Assembly (NCBI GenBank): GCA_030390025.1
Contig: CM059432.1
Span: forward strand, 64,172,001 to 64,236,000
Length of the DNA stretch: 64,000 nt
Reading direction: 5' to 3'
From: Squalus acanthias
Taxonomy: Eukaryota
A program made the translations under genes and the position numbers. The stretch's first letter is position 1; each line of letters begins with the position of its first letter. A model generated the notes under the pieces. That model saw nothing but the letters and a program-made list of their open reading frames with translations, was not told where the DNA came from and made no database searches. Below are positions 1 through 12,060 of this stretch, piece by piece.

Positions 1-115
1 AGTTCATTTCACGAGCGGCGCAAACTTCGCCGCGCCTGGGTGCTAGATGCTTTGCGCCCCATTAGCGCCCTCTTAAGGCGCTAATGGGAGGCGCAACCAA
101 CTGAATTTTTCCCCC
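1..115. mobile_element. Right end of a Harbinger-type MITE, cut by the window edge
   Basis: GC/CpG-rich stretch ending AATTTTTCCCCC, the same terminus as the Harbinger at 41900-41911; abuts a CR1. Confidence 0.5.
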
Positions 116-116
116 T

Positions 117-2360
117 AAGTGTGGTCTAACCAAGGTTCGATACAGGTTTAGCATATCTTCCCTACTTTTCAATTCTATCCCTCTAGAAATAAACCCTAGT
201 GCTTGGTTTGCTTTTTTTATGGCCTTGCTAACCTGTGTCACAATTCTTAGTGATTTGTGTATTTGTGATCCCTTTATTCCTCTACCCCACCTAGACTCGC
301 ACCCTCCAAGTGATAAGTGACCTCCCTATTCTTCATACCAAAATGTAATACCTCACATTTATCTGTATTGAACTTCATTTGCCAATTATATGCCCATTCT
401 GCAAGTTTATTAATATCCTCCTGTAAATTGTTGCAGTCCTCCTCAGTATTGACTATCCCGCCCAATTTGGTGTCCTCCGCAAATTTAGAAATTGTGTTTT
501 TCATTCCTAAGTCTAAATCGTTAATGTAAATTGTGAACAGCAGTGGTCCCAGCACTGATCCTTGTGGTACACCACTACCCAACTTCTGCCACTATGAATA
601 GCTACCCTTTACTCTTACTCTCTGCTTACTGTCCTGAAGCCAGCCAGCAATACATTCTGCTACTTGTTCCTTGACTCCGCATTCTCTGACCTTGTTCATC
701 AGTCTATTATGGGGTACCTTATCGAAGGCCTTTTGAAAATCCAGATAAATTACATCTACTGCATTACCATTGTCTACTCTCTCTGTTACCTCTTCAAAAA
801 ATTCAATAAGGTTGGTCAAGCAAGATTTTCCCTTTTGAAATCCATGTTGACTATTCATTATTATATTTTTGGTTTCTAGATGTTCTTCTATTTTCTCCTT
901 TAGTAGGGATTCCATTATTTTTCCTAACGCCGAAGTTAAGCTGACCAGTTTATAATTCCCTGGACATGTTCTATCCCCCTTCTTAAATATAGGTATTATG
1001 TTAGCTATCCACCAGTCCTCTGGCACTACACCTTTTTCTAATGAATTATTAATTATGTGTAGTAATGCCTCTGCTATCTCTTCCCTAGATTCTTTTAAAA
1101 TGCGTGGATGCAAGCCACTTGGACCAGGGGTTTTATCCTCTTTGAGTTTGATTAATTTATTTAATATACCCCCTTTTTAAATTTTAAATGCACTTATCCC
1201 ATTACTAATTTCATCATCCAATTTCATGTCCACCTGTTCTATCTCCCTGGTAAATACTGAAGCAAATTAATTGTTTAATATTTCTGTCATCTCTCTATCG
1301 TTACTTGTGGTATTGTCCTGTCTATCCCTTAATGGCCCTATTCCCATCCCAACCTTCCTTTTTTTATTGATGTGCCTATAAAATATTTTACTACTTTGTT
1401 TTATGTTCCTTGATAATTTAATTTCATAGTTCCTCTTTGCCTCCCTAATTGTTTTTTCGACTTCTCTCCTAATCTTTTCATATACTCTCTTATCATGCAC
1501 TCCCCTGCTGTCTGTGTACTTAATGTATGCCTCTTTCCTTACCCTTAATTTTTCCCTTATGGCTTTATTCATCCATGGAGTCTCATTATTGTTTAGTTTG
1601 TTCTTTCCTTTTAGCGGAATATATTTTTCCTGCACTCTGTTGAACACCATTTTAAATATTTCCCATTGCTGTTCTACATTGTTGTTTACCAATATTGTTG
1701 CCCATTTTTTCCCCAAGTTCTATTTTCAGCCTCTCAAATCAGCTTTTCTCCAATCTATTAACCTGGTTTTTATCATACTTATATCCTTCTCAATTATCAT
1801 CTTAAAGCGTATTATATTATGGTCACTATTGCCTAGATGTTCCCCTACCTTTACTTCTCTTATCTGCTCTGGCTCATTCCCCATTACTAGATCCAATATG
1901 GAATCCTCCCTTCTTGGGCTTGTTACATATTGGGTTAGAAAGGAGTCCTGTACACATTGTAGGAACTCCATTTCCTTATCCCCTTTACCTACCTCTGCTG
2001 TCCAATTAATATTGGGGTAGTTGAAATCCCCCATGATTATTATTCTATGTTTTTTACTCATTTCCCTAACTTGTCTGCATATTTCTTCCTCCACCTCCCT
2101 TCCTCTATTAGGTGGTCTGTAGACTAGCCTATTAGTGTGATTCATCCTTTATTATCTTTTATCTCTATCCATATGGATTCTATTTTTGTCTTGCTGATAT
2201 CTGCGTCACTTTTTTCGACTGCCATTATGTTATCCCTAATAAGCACAGCTACTCCACCTCCCCCTATTCCCTCCCTATCTTTTCTAAATATGTTATACCC
2301 TGCAATGTTTAATTCCCAGTTCTGATTTTTCTGTAGCCAAGTCTCAGTAATCCCTACTAT
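117..2360 (-). mobile_element. CR1 LINE ORF2 (APE endonuclease plus RT), frameshifted
   Basis: ORF pieces: VGITETW, MGDFNYP, SDHN (APE); [37 protein letters not shown] (RT). Confidence 0.95.
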
Positions 2361-2361
2361 G

Positions 2362-2553
2362 GTGGAAATTGCTCCCCAAAAGGATGCTGGATCAATTAAA
2401 ATTTTCAAGACTGAGATCAATATATTTTTGTTAGGTAAGGGTATCAAGGGATATAGAACAAAGGCAGATAAATGGAATTGAAGTACAAATCAGCCATGAT
2501 CTAATTGAATGACCTAACAAACTCGAGCAGCTGAATGACCTATGTTCCTATGC
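2362..2553 (+). mobile_element. CR1 3' end fragment
   Basis: aagggtatcaagggata...atcagccatgatctaattgaatg...tatgttcctatg tail shared with the other CR1 3' ends in the window. Confidence 0.75.
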
Positions 2554-3259
2554 TTTTATGTTGAAGAAAATATGCTTGAGAATAGGCTATTCAGCCCATT
2601 AGGCCTGTTCCTTCTTCAGGCCATGTACAATCAGCTCCATTACAGAGTCTACCTAACCGTTTTCATCTCCTGGAGACTGGTATGTGCACAATACTGGGGA
2701 AAAGCAGTGGGAGAATAGAAGAATTGGAAAGCAAATTTTTGTAAAAGTTGAACAGTAAATTGAAATGAATTTTGCATTACTTCCAGAACAATTTCATGCA
2801 GCATGACCGACCAGGTCTAACCAATTCAATGCCAATTAAATGGAAACTGTAATTGAGAGAGCTAATGTACTGGAGGGATGATTTTCAACATGGATAAATG
2901 GCCTTTTCTTATGCCTGACTTTCCATAACTTCTTATTAAAAGTAATGATGAGAAAGAAAGAAAAGTTAGATTCTAAACTAATTTTAAGGCCCATAAATTG
3001 CAAAACTGAACTTATTAAATCAAAATTGAATAGCATTTCAGTAGGAACATTGTAGAAATAACTGAGTAAATATGTAATAAGACGGTAAAAAGAGTCACAC
3101 AACTGGATGAAAACACAATTACAGAATGTTTTATTTTAAACAGAAAGATCATTAAATACTAAACTTGCCTTTTACTAATTTGGATTAATGTCCTCTTGTA
3201 CTAGAGTCATGATTTAACTTGAAATAGTGCTCAGGATCAACCTATGCATTCCCCTCTAC

Positions 3260-3400
3260 GGGGTGAAGTTGGTCTTCAGCAGTAGAGCAATACAGGTAAT
3301 AATGAACCGGCAGCCCATTTTACACCCCACCCAATTTTCTTTTCCATTAAAAAAATAATCAGGTGGGGTGTAAAGTGAGCTACCGATTTGCTATTGCCAT
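3260..3400. mobile_element. Decayed palindromic MITE
   Basis: Imperfect inverted arms tttacaccccacc / ggtggggtgtaaa around an A/T spacer. Confidence 0.45.
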
Positions 3401-3529
3401 TATATCTTATGTAACTTTGTATGGGTCCCTCTCATTTTACTCCTGTCAAGTCTAAAGAGTCCATTATCTTTCCTCATAACTCTTACGCTTCTGAAATGAC
3501 ATTAGTTGCCTTTTACTAGATTATAGGTA

Positions 3530-4180
3530 ATCCTTAAATTTGTTCTTAATTATTGATTCCATTATTTGCCAGTCATTGATATAAGACAAAAGGGTCTGTG
3601 ATTATCCAGGTTTCTTTTGTTGCCTTTTTGAAAATAGATTTATTCCCAATCCAGTGGTACCTCCTCTTAACTCCCTGAAGACGTCTATTAACACTGTAGC
3701 TTTTATCTCTAATCACAGTAGCACCCTTGAGTAAAAAACCGTCCCCCCTGGGATTTATTGGTTTAGAGCTCTTTAAGCCTATCCAGGCCCCCATATAAAT
3801 TCATTCAGATTAGCTGTAAAATCTCCTATGATGATTCTGAGGCTATTAGTTTCTTCTCTAGTGAATACTTCCCAGAGGAAATCATTTAATATGTTGACTA
3901 TCTTTAATTCATCCTCAGTTTCAGTCCTATTTGTTTCCTTGAGACATCTCAATTGTTTTGATGCCCTTGCTGTTATAATATTAGAAATAATTTCTTACAA
4001 CCTGTACAGCTATTCTCATTTCTATTTCCATTATTTCCCTCTGACTGTCTTTTTTATATTGCTGGAAGTTCTTGTGTGCCTCCCAGTGGTTTCCCCCATT
4101 TTTATCTCTACAAATTGTGACCATTTAGGGCCATGCTTGCTTCATCTGCAATTACTAGTCCTTAGTATGTGTTTATCCAT
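3530..4180 (-). mobile_element. Very old CR1-like remnant
   Basis: Weak resemblance to the CR1 VFT...KSPGPDG region (ORF 3573-3794 LKSSKPINPRGDG). Confidence 0.3.
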
Positions 4181-5020
4181 TGTGGTCAGTAGTATGCTCT
4201 TAAATGTATTGCAGTTGTCCTCAGCTAAGGTTGACTGTCAGTTAAATGTCAGTATAAATTATATGCCAAAGAATAATGCTAGCAGCATTTATATTCAAAA
4301 TTCCATTAAATGCTTTTTAATAATGAATAACATACATTGATTTTTAATTTTTTTTGTATCATCTGTAGAAGAGAATCAGAGTAACTTAATAACTTAAGGC
4401 ATGCAATTTCGGACTTTCCTCATTTTAATGAAAAATAAATCATGAATTAAAAATTGGGACATTGGAGAAAGATGACAATAATAGACTACCTGTTCACGGT
4501 TAGTGCTGATCTAACCTGTTTTGTTAAAAAGTAAACGGAGTGAAAATGAGTGGGGGAAAAAAAGCTGATTTTTGTTTCTTAAGGCTGTGTTAAAGTCATT
4601 AATAAGGAACTTGTACACCAACTGCTTAGTCAACTCAAAAAGTGTGTACTCCTTTCTGGACCTTTAAAGAGCTAATGAAGTGTAAGATTTCAAAATATTG
4701 CCACAGGCAAAGGCAGAGGCCAGGCAGCCCATAGACTCACTCTGTTCCTTTTCGATGCTATCATGAAATGTATAATGAAATTTACATAACACTATTATCA
4801 TGTATAATATCTTGTTATGATTCAGGATTTTTTGTTTATTTCTCTTACAACTACAACTTCCCTTCATCTGCAATATATCCTGTGTTGCTACTTTAGAGTA
4901 ATGTTTGTGCCTTTGCTTTGTGCATTTTTTTGTTGTGCACCTTCTTTCAGGCCTCCTCCTGAATGGTGGATACAGCATTGACATTATCTGTCACACCTTG
5001 GCATGCCTTATGCTCACTTT

Positions 5021-5252
5021 AGGAACATAGGAACAGGAGTAGGCCATTTAGCCCCTCAAGCCTGTTCCACCATTCAGTGAGATCATGGCTGATCTATGAT
5101 CTAACTCCATATACTCGCCTTTGCCCCATATCCCTTAATACCTTTGGTTAACAAAAATCTATCAATGTCAGATTTAAAATTAACAATTGATCTAGCATCA
5201 ATTGTCGTTTGTGTAAGAGAGTTCCAAACATCTGCCCTTTGTGTGTAGAAGT
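5021..5252 (-). mobile_element. CR1 3' end, interrupted by the Gypsy element
   Basis: Tail aggaacataggaacagg and CR1 3' UTR; sequence resumes at 9721. Confidence 0.85.
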
Positions 5253-5461
5253 TGACATGAATCTTGTATGAAGTAATACTGGGTGGCCTACTGGTGGCGC
5301 TGTCCAGGGAGAGTATAAATACTCGGGCATGGGCCCAGTTTGCTTAGGACAATCCTCAACAGGAACTAGTGAAGGACACAACTAGATCTCCATGTTGGAA
5401 AACTGTTGATTAAAGCTTTGTTTAACGCTTAGACCAAGTGCCTAGTAGTTTTCTTACGTCA
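5253..5461 (+). repeat. 5' LTR
   Basis: Direct repeat of 9512-9720 with 5 substitutions by eye; TATAAATA near 5314 and ATTAAA at 5409. Confidence 0.97.
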
Positions 5462-5561
5462 ATTTAATCAACTGGACCTGCTCCACGCTCTGAGTGGTTT
5501 TGGGAACAGACGGCTACGACTCAAACGGTAGAAGGGAACCAGACGTAGTAATCAATCCATC

Positions 5562-6728
5562 ATGGAGAAACTACTCCAACCTGCCTGTCTCGACCTGGAC
5601 CCGAATTCACCTACAACTGCTAAGGTATGGAAACACTGGTATCGTACCTTCAGCAACTTCCTCAGGGTGTGTGGTGAAAATGTCTCTGATAAGTTAGAGA
5701 TACTTGCCAATTATGTATCCCCTTATGTGTTTGACTATATCGAAGACTGTGTAGACTATGACTCCGCTATCCGAATACTACAGCAACTATATGTTAAGGC
5801 CCCAAACAAAATTTTTGCTCGGCATCTACTGGCCACAACTCGACAACAACCCGGGGTATCACTTGACAAATTCCTTCAAAAGCTTCGCAGGCTCAGCAAA
5901 CATTGTAATCTCAAGGCTGTCTCAGCTGAGCAGTACCAAGAGGAGTTAATCGTGATTCTTTTATTAATGGAATTGCGTCTCCCTTCATACGCCAGCATCT
6001 GCTGGAGAATAAAACCCTCGAGTTACAAGTTGCCTATGACCAGGCATATTCTCTGGACTTGGCAAAAAAAAATGCAGATCCCTATCTTTTACCACGTGCA
6101 CGGACTGCTGCTATCACTTTTAGTGACTCCTCCGATAAGCCTCAGGCGGAAGCCCTCACTGATGACGACTCTATCCTAGCTGATGACGACCCTACCCTAG
6201 CGGAATGTGGCAATCTAAATGAAGTGTTTCTTTTGTGGAGGTGCATTTCATTATAGGAAATTTTGTCCTGCTCGTAATGCAATCTGCAATCATTGCAGTA
6301 AGAAAGGTCACTTCTCGAAAGTATGTCAGTCAAGAGCCTCTTCTAGGGTTACAGCTGCTCCCTATAAAACTGCTCCTCCCCCAAGAGCTACTACTAATGT
6401 TACAGCTGTCATCTATAAAACTACTCCTCCCCCAAGAGCCACTACTAATGTTACAGCCGTCAAGGATAAAACTGCCCCTCCTCCCATCACAGCTGTTTTT
6501 CCCCAAAGCCTGTCCCATGCAGCCACGAAGGTTTCGGTAAATGGGCACATTTTGAGTGCATTAATCGACTCATGCAGCTCTGACAGCTTCATCAGTGAGC
6601 AGGCTGTCAGTAAGTTAAAACTGCATATTTACCCCTCGGACAAGGAAATTGCAATGGCTCTGACGATACTGACCACTAACTCTTCCGGCTTTTGTCTTGT
6701 CGACCTTATTCTCAATGGCCGCACTTAA
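5562..6728 (+). pseudogene. gag: Gypsy gag plus aspartic protease, frameshifted
   Basis: TTRQQPGVSLDKFLQKLRRL gag motif; Zn knuckles CFFCGGAFH and CNHCSKKGHFSKVC; protease ALIDSCSSDSF; split across ORFs 5562-6179 and 6219-6728. Confidence 0.88.
6348..6486 (+). repeat. 51 bp in-frame tandem repeat, about 2.7 copies
   Basis: Units start at 6348, 6399 and 6450 (gttacagc...); encodes VTA..YKT.PPPRATTN. Confidence 0.9.
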
Positions 6729-6746
6729 TTCTCTACCCGGCTCGGG

Positions 6747-9471
6747 GTGCTCAAAAACCTATGCAGTGATGTGCTCCTGGGACAGGATTTCCAGAAACAA
6801 CACAAAAGACTCACTTTCGAGTTTGGAGGATCAAAGCCGGAGCTTACTATTTCCAAAGTACCGTTTTGTGCACTTTCGGCAGCTTTGCTCGACGAGCCCT
6901 CCTTGTTTGCCAATCTTTCCCCCCGATGTAAGCCCATAGCCACTAAATCACGACGTTTCAGCCAAGATGACCTATCCTTTATCGAGGCAGAGATCTCTTG
7001 CCTTCTAGCTGAGGGTATCATTGAGCCATGTTCATCTTCCTGGCGGGCTCAAGTCGTCGTTGTTAAAAATTCTCTGAAGCAACACAAGAAACGTCTTTGC
7101 ATCGATTACTCGCAAACTATTAACCAGTATACCGACTTGGATGCCTACCCACTACCACGCATCGATGACATGGTCAATAACCTTGCTAACTACAAGGTAT
7201 TTTCAACTTTTGACTTAAAGAGCGCATACCATCAAGTACCGTTAAAGGACTCTGACAAAAAGTATACGGCTTTTGAGGCCAATGGTCGGCTTTACCAGTT
7301 TTGTCGCCTTCCATTCGGGGTCACCAATGGGGTGGCCGTCTTTCAACGGGCAATGGATAGCCTAGTCAAACAGGAGAACTTAACAGACACTTTTCCATAT
7401 CTGGATAATATCACCATTGCTGGTCATGACCAGAAGGAGCATGATGCCAACCTCCAGAAATTTCTTGACGTTCTCCGTCGTCGCAACTTAACCTTAAATG
7501 AGTCCAAATCTGTGAAATCAGTACCATCAGTCAACATCCTTGGCTACTGGGTGGGCAATGGTGTCATCAAACCGGATCCGGAGCGACTTCATCCGCTTCA
7601 GGAGCTCCCTCCTCCTACGAATCTCAGCTCTCTTCGTCGGGCCCTTGGTATGTTCGCCTATTATGCGAAGTGGATACCTCACTTTTCCTACAAGATCCAG
7701 CCCCTGCTTCACGCAAAGTCATTTCCGTTGGAGGCGAGGGCTATTTCAGCTTTCGACCTCCTCAAGCAACAACTGAAAAAAGCCACGCTTCATTCCATCG
7801 ATGAAAATCTCCCTTTCGTGGTCGAGTGCGATGCATCGGAGGTGGCGATCTCGGCTACCTTGAATCAAGGCGGTCGACCCGTTGCATTTCTGTCTAGAAC
7901 TTTGCAGGGTAGCGAGCTCCATTATCCCCCTGTCGAGAAGGAGGCTACGGCTATCATCGAAGCAGTACGTAAATGGAGTCATTTTCTCGCTCGTCGCTAT
8001 TTCACGCTCATAACCGATCAGCGCTCGGTGGCCTTTATGCTGGATAATCGGAAACGCACTAAAATCAAGAATAACAAAATACAGCTCTGGAGGATGGAAT
8101 TGGCCGCCTTTGGCTACACCATACAGTATCGACCCGGCAAGGAGAATGTGGCCCCGGATACCCTCACGCGTGCATTCTGCTCTTCCATGTTAACTTCGAC
8201 TCTTGTGGATCTTCATACTGACTTATGCCATCCTGGCGTTACCCGTATGTTGCACTTTGTGCGATCTAAAAATCTCCCATTTTCGACGGAAGACGTGAAA
8301 AGAACATGCTCCACTTGTAGAATTTGCGCGGAAATAAAACCGCAATTCTTCCGTCCGTCGGATGGCTCGCTCATACACGCTATACAGCCTATGCAGCGAC
8401 TCAGCATTGACTTTAAAGGGCCATTGCCTTCCTCAACGCGAAACACCTACTTGCTTACTATGGTGGCTGAATATTCACGCTTTCCCTTTGCTTTCCCCTG
8501 TCCCAATATGCTTACTTCCAGTGATCAAATGCCTCGATCAGGTCTTTTCCCTTTGCGGTACGGCCAATTTCATCCACTCTGATCAGGGTCCCTCCTTCAT
8601 GTCAAGCGAACTCAAAAGTTATCTTTCCCAATGGGGAATCACCACAAGTAAAACGACACCGTATCATCCTATTGGAAACGGACAGGTTGAGAGATACAAC
8701 GCTATCATTTGGAACGCTGTTCGTCTTGCACTGAGGTCACACAATCTACCAGACCAGCAGTGGGAAACTATGCTCCCTTACGTGTTGCATTCCATCAGGT
8801 CTCTTCTTTCTACATCCACCAATGTTACTCCTCACGAACGATTCTTCGGGTTCCAGCGTCGCTCCACTCATGGGACGTCCCTACCATCATGGTTGGCAGC
8901 TCCTGGCTCCGTGCTGCTCCGAAGATTCGTCCGATCCTCCAAGAGTGATCCCCTCGTCGACGAGGTGGAACTAACGGATGTCAATCCTACATACGCGTAC
9001 GTGCGGTACCCTGATGGCCGGGAGTCCACAGTTTCACTTCGGGATCTGGCTCCCTGCCCAACCGGTCCCACAGACCCCATCAATAGAGAGATCCGTATTA
9101 ACGACGCCGATACTCCGCGCTCCTCCGAGGATGACGCCCTACCCGGGACATCAAGGGATCTGGCAGCTACTCCGCTGGATCAACCCGGGGAACAGAACGC
9201 TCCCCGTGGGATGGCCACCCGAAGCCAGGACGCCGGTCAATCACCGGCTACTGAGCAGGATGAAGCCAGCTCTGCGCCGGTGGGGACCCGCACCCGGAGC
9301 CACGATCTCCCCAGTTCCCCTCAGGTCGATCGAGGCGACACGGACTCTGCCAGCCTGCCGGTACGAACCAAGCGACACAGGGACCAAAACACAGTCCGAG
9401 GAGACGTGCCTTCCGGCCTCCAATGGAAATCCAAACGACTGCGTCTATTGTTAGTCCAGCTAATTCGGTAG
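6747..9471 (+). pseudogene. pol: Gypsy pol (RT, RNase H, integrase), frameshift near 8520
   Basis: RLCIDY, YPLPRI, DLKSAYHQ, LPFG, YLDN; ECDAS, EKEA, TDQ (RNase H); H..CHPG..C..C, IDFKGP, HSDQG, GNGQVERYN (IN). Confidence 0.95.
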
Positions 9472-9511
9472 AAGGAAGCCGCCGGACTTCCAATCTTTCA
9501 GGCGGGAAGAA

Positions 9512-9720
9512 TGACATGAATCTTGTATGAAGTAATACTGGGTGGCCTGCTGGTGGCGCTGTCCAGGGAGAGTATAAATACTCTGGCATGGGCCCAGTTT
9601 GCTTTGGACATTCCTCAACAGGAACTAGTGAAGGACACAACTAGATCTCCATGTTGGAAAACAGTTGATTAAAGCTTTGTTTAACGCTTAGACCAAGTGC
9701 CTAGTAGTTTTCTTACGTCA
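9512..9720 (+). repeat. 3' LTR
   Basis: Copy of 5253-5461, ends CA, followed by the TSD. Confidence 0.97.
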
Positions 9721-11366
9721 GAAGTGTTTCCTAATTTCACTCTTGAAAGGTCTGGCTCTAATTTTTAGACTATGCCCCCTAGTCCTAGAATCCCCAACCA
9801 GCGGAAATAGTTTCTCTCTATCTACCCTATCTGTTGTCCTTAATATCATGAAAACTTCAATCAGATCACCCCTTAACCTTCTAAATTCTAGGGAACACAA
9901 CCCTAATTAAGTACTTTCAAAAAAGTACTTAATTGGCTGTAAAGTGCTTTGAGACGTCCGGTGGTCATGAAAGGCGCTATATAAATGCAAATCTTTATTT
10001 CTTTCTAATTTGTGTAATCTCTCCTCTTAATTTAACCCTTGGAGTCCAGGTATCATTTTGATAAACCTTCCTCCAAGGCTAACACATCCTTCCTCAGGTG
10101 TGGTGCCCAGAACTGTTCACAGTACTCCAGGTGTGGTCTAACCAGGGTTTTGTACAGCTGCAGCATAATTTCTACCCCCTTATATTCTAGTTCTCTAGAT
10201 ATAAAGGCCAGCATTCCATTAGCCTTTTTGATTATTTTCTGTACCTGTTCATGACATTTTAATGATCTATTTACCTGAACCCCCAAGTCTCTTTGGACCG
10301 CCACTGTTTGTAACTTTTCACCATTTAGAAAGTACCCTGTTCTATCCTTTTTAGGTCCAAAAGTGGATGGCTTCACATTTGCCTACATTGAAATCCATTT
10401 GCCACAGTTTTACCCATTCACTTAACTATCAATATTCTTTTGTAATTTTATGCTATCATCTACATCGCCTACAATGCCGCCTATCTTTGTGTCATCGGCA
10501 AATTTGGATATGTGGCTTTCTATCGTTAATAAATATGGTGAATAATTGCGGCCCCTGTGAAACGCCACTAGTTACATCCTGCCAGTTAGAGTACCTGCTC
10601 ATTATCCCTACTCACTGTCTCCTGCCACTCAGTCAATTTCCTAACCAGATCAATAATTTGCCTTCAATTCCATGGGCTTCAACCTAAGGTAACAGTTTCT
10701 TATCAAATGCCTTCTGGAAGTCCATATAAATAACATCCATAGACATTCCCCTGTCCACTACTTTAATCACCTCTTCAAAAAAATTAAATCAGGTTCATCA
10801 GACATGACCTACCTTTTACAAATCCATGCTGGCTCTCTCTGATCAGCTGAAAATTTTCAAGCTGTTTTGTCACTCTATCTTTAGTTATTAATTATAGACA
10901 CTAGTAATTTCCCAACAACAGGTTAGGCTAACTGGTCTATAATTCCCTGGTTTCCCTCTCCCACCATTCTTAAACAGCAGAGTGACATGCGCAATTTTCC
11001 AATCTAAAGGAACGGTTCCTGAATTGAGAGAACTTTGGAAGATTATAGTTAGAGCATCTGCAATGTGCTCACCTACTTCCTTTGAAACCTTGGAATGGAA
11101 ACCATCTGGTCCTGGGGATTTGTCACTATTTAATGCCATTATTTTCTTCATTACTTTTGTTTTGCTTATGTTAATTTTGTTGAGTCCCTGTCCCTGATTC
11201 AATATTAGTTTCTTTGGGATGTCCGGCATGCTATCCTCTTCCTCTACTGTAAATACTGATGCAAAGTAATTATTCAACATGTCCGCCATTTTCCTTATTA
11301 TCATCGACAATATCACCGATATCAGTTTTCAAGGGGCCAACATTGCTCCTGACCACCCTCTTTTTC
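9721..11366 (-). mobile_element. CR1 ORF2 RT fragment, continuing 5021-5252
   Basis: [41 protein letters not shown]. Confidence 0.92.
9909..10004 (+). mobile_element. L2-type SINE/LINE 3' tail inserted in CR1
   Basis: aaggcgctatataaatgcaa tail (compare 28647-28670); ctaatt repeated at both flanks. Confidence 0.7.
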
Positions 11367-11729
11367 CGAAATATAATTGTTAGGAAATTGGCTGAGCGGC
11401 AGGAGACAGAGAGTAGTTGTATAATTTGTATATTGGAGGGACAATTTTCCTATCCCTGGTGCTTCAATCGCACCTGTAGCAGAAGTGCAGGTCATGCCTA
11501 AGCTCCTATATAAAAACAGAATGCTGAGTATTCAATGGCAATGTTTTGAGTGCTGCGAGCCTGGATTTAAAGAGAGAAAAGAGTTACACTCCATTAAACC
11601 TGCGCCACATTATGATGCCTGGATCATCATGACTAGGCACTTCCTCCCCCCCACAAAAATCTGAATCTCCTGTGACCTTGCTCATGGAGAGTCGAAACCA
11701 AGCATAGTCTTGAGGCAAAACAGGGTTAC

Positions 11730-12060
11730 AACGCGGAGGATAATTGGACTGGGGCCAAGGAGGACTGTGATCCTGGAGGCCATTGAAGGGAGGTGGACTG
11801 AGTTAGAGGTTGGAGGAAAGAAGAAGGTAAAGTAGGCGAATTTGGAGGAGGTGAAAGGAGGGTTAAGAGAACAGAGTTGGAGGTCTGATCAGAGCAGAGC
11901 TGGTGGGGAAGAAAATAAACCGAGAAAATAACGGTGTGGTGGGGGGTGGTGGAGCTGGACAGCATCCATAGTGGCGATGAATGGCCCCCAAGTAGGCTAT
12001 AAACCAGATTACCAGGTGAGCAACTGCAGTGCAAAAAACTATGTCAAAGGGAACGTCATA
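11730..12060 (-). mobile_element. Possible decayed L2 fragment
   Basis: Pro/Ser/Leu-rich minus-strand composition like the other L2 copies; no catalytic motif seen. Confidence 0.3.

Larger units (their letters stand above)
5253..9720 (+). mobile_element. Full-length Ty3/Gypsy LTR retrotransposon
   Basis: Two TG...CA LTRs of 209 bp; GAAGT TSD at 5248-5252 and 9721-9725; domain order gag-PR-RT-RNaseH-IN; purine tract aggcgggaagaa before the 3' LTR. Confidence 0.97.

Noticed and set aside
3828..4340. 170 aa hydrophobic ORF
   Set aside because: No motif; T-rich antisense of a probable old LINE.
4950..5030. Possible exon after a ttctttcag acceptor
   Set aside because: Short unrecognised peptide running into a CR1 tail; no donor.
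9431..9480. cggtagaagg shared between the Gypsy 5' leader (5526-5535) and the 3' end
   Set aside because: Only 10 nt exact; could be chance.
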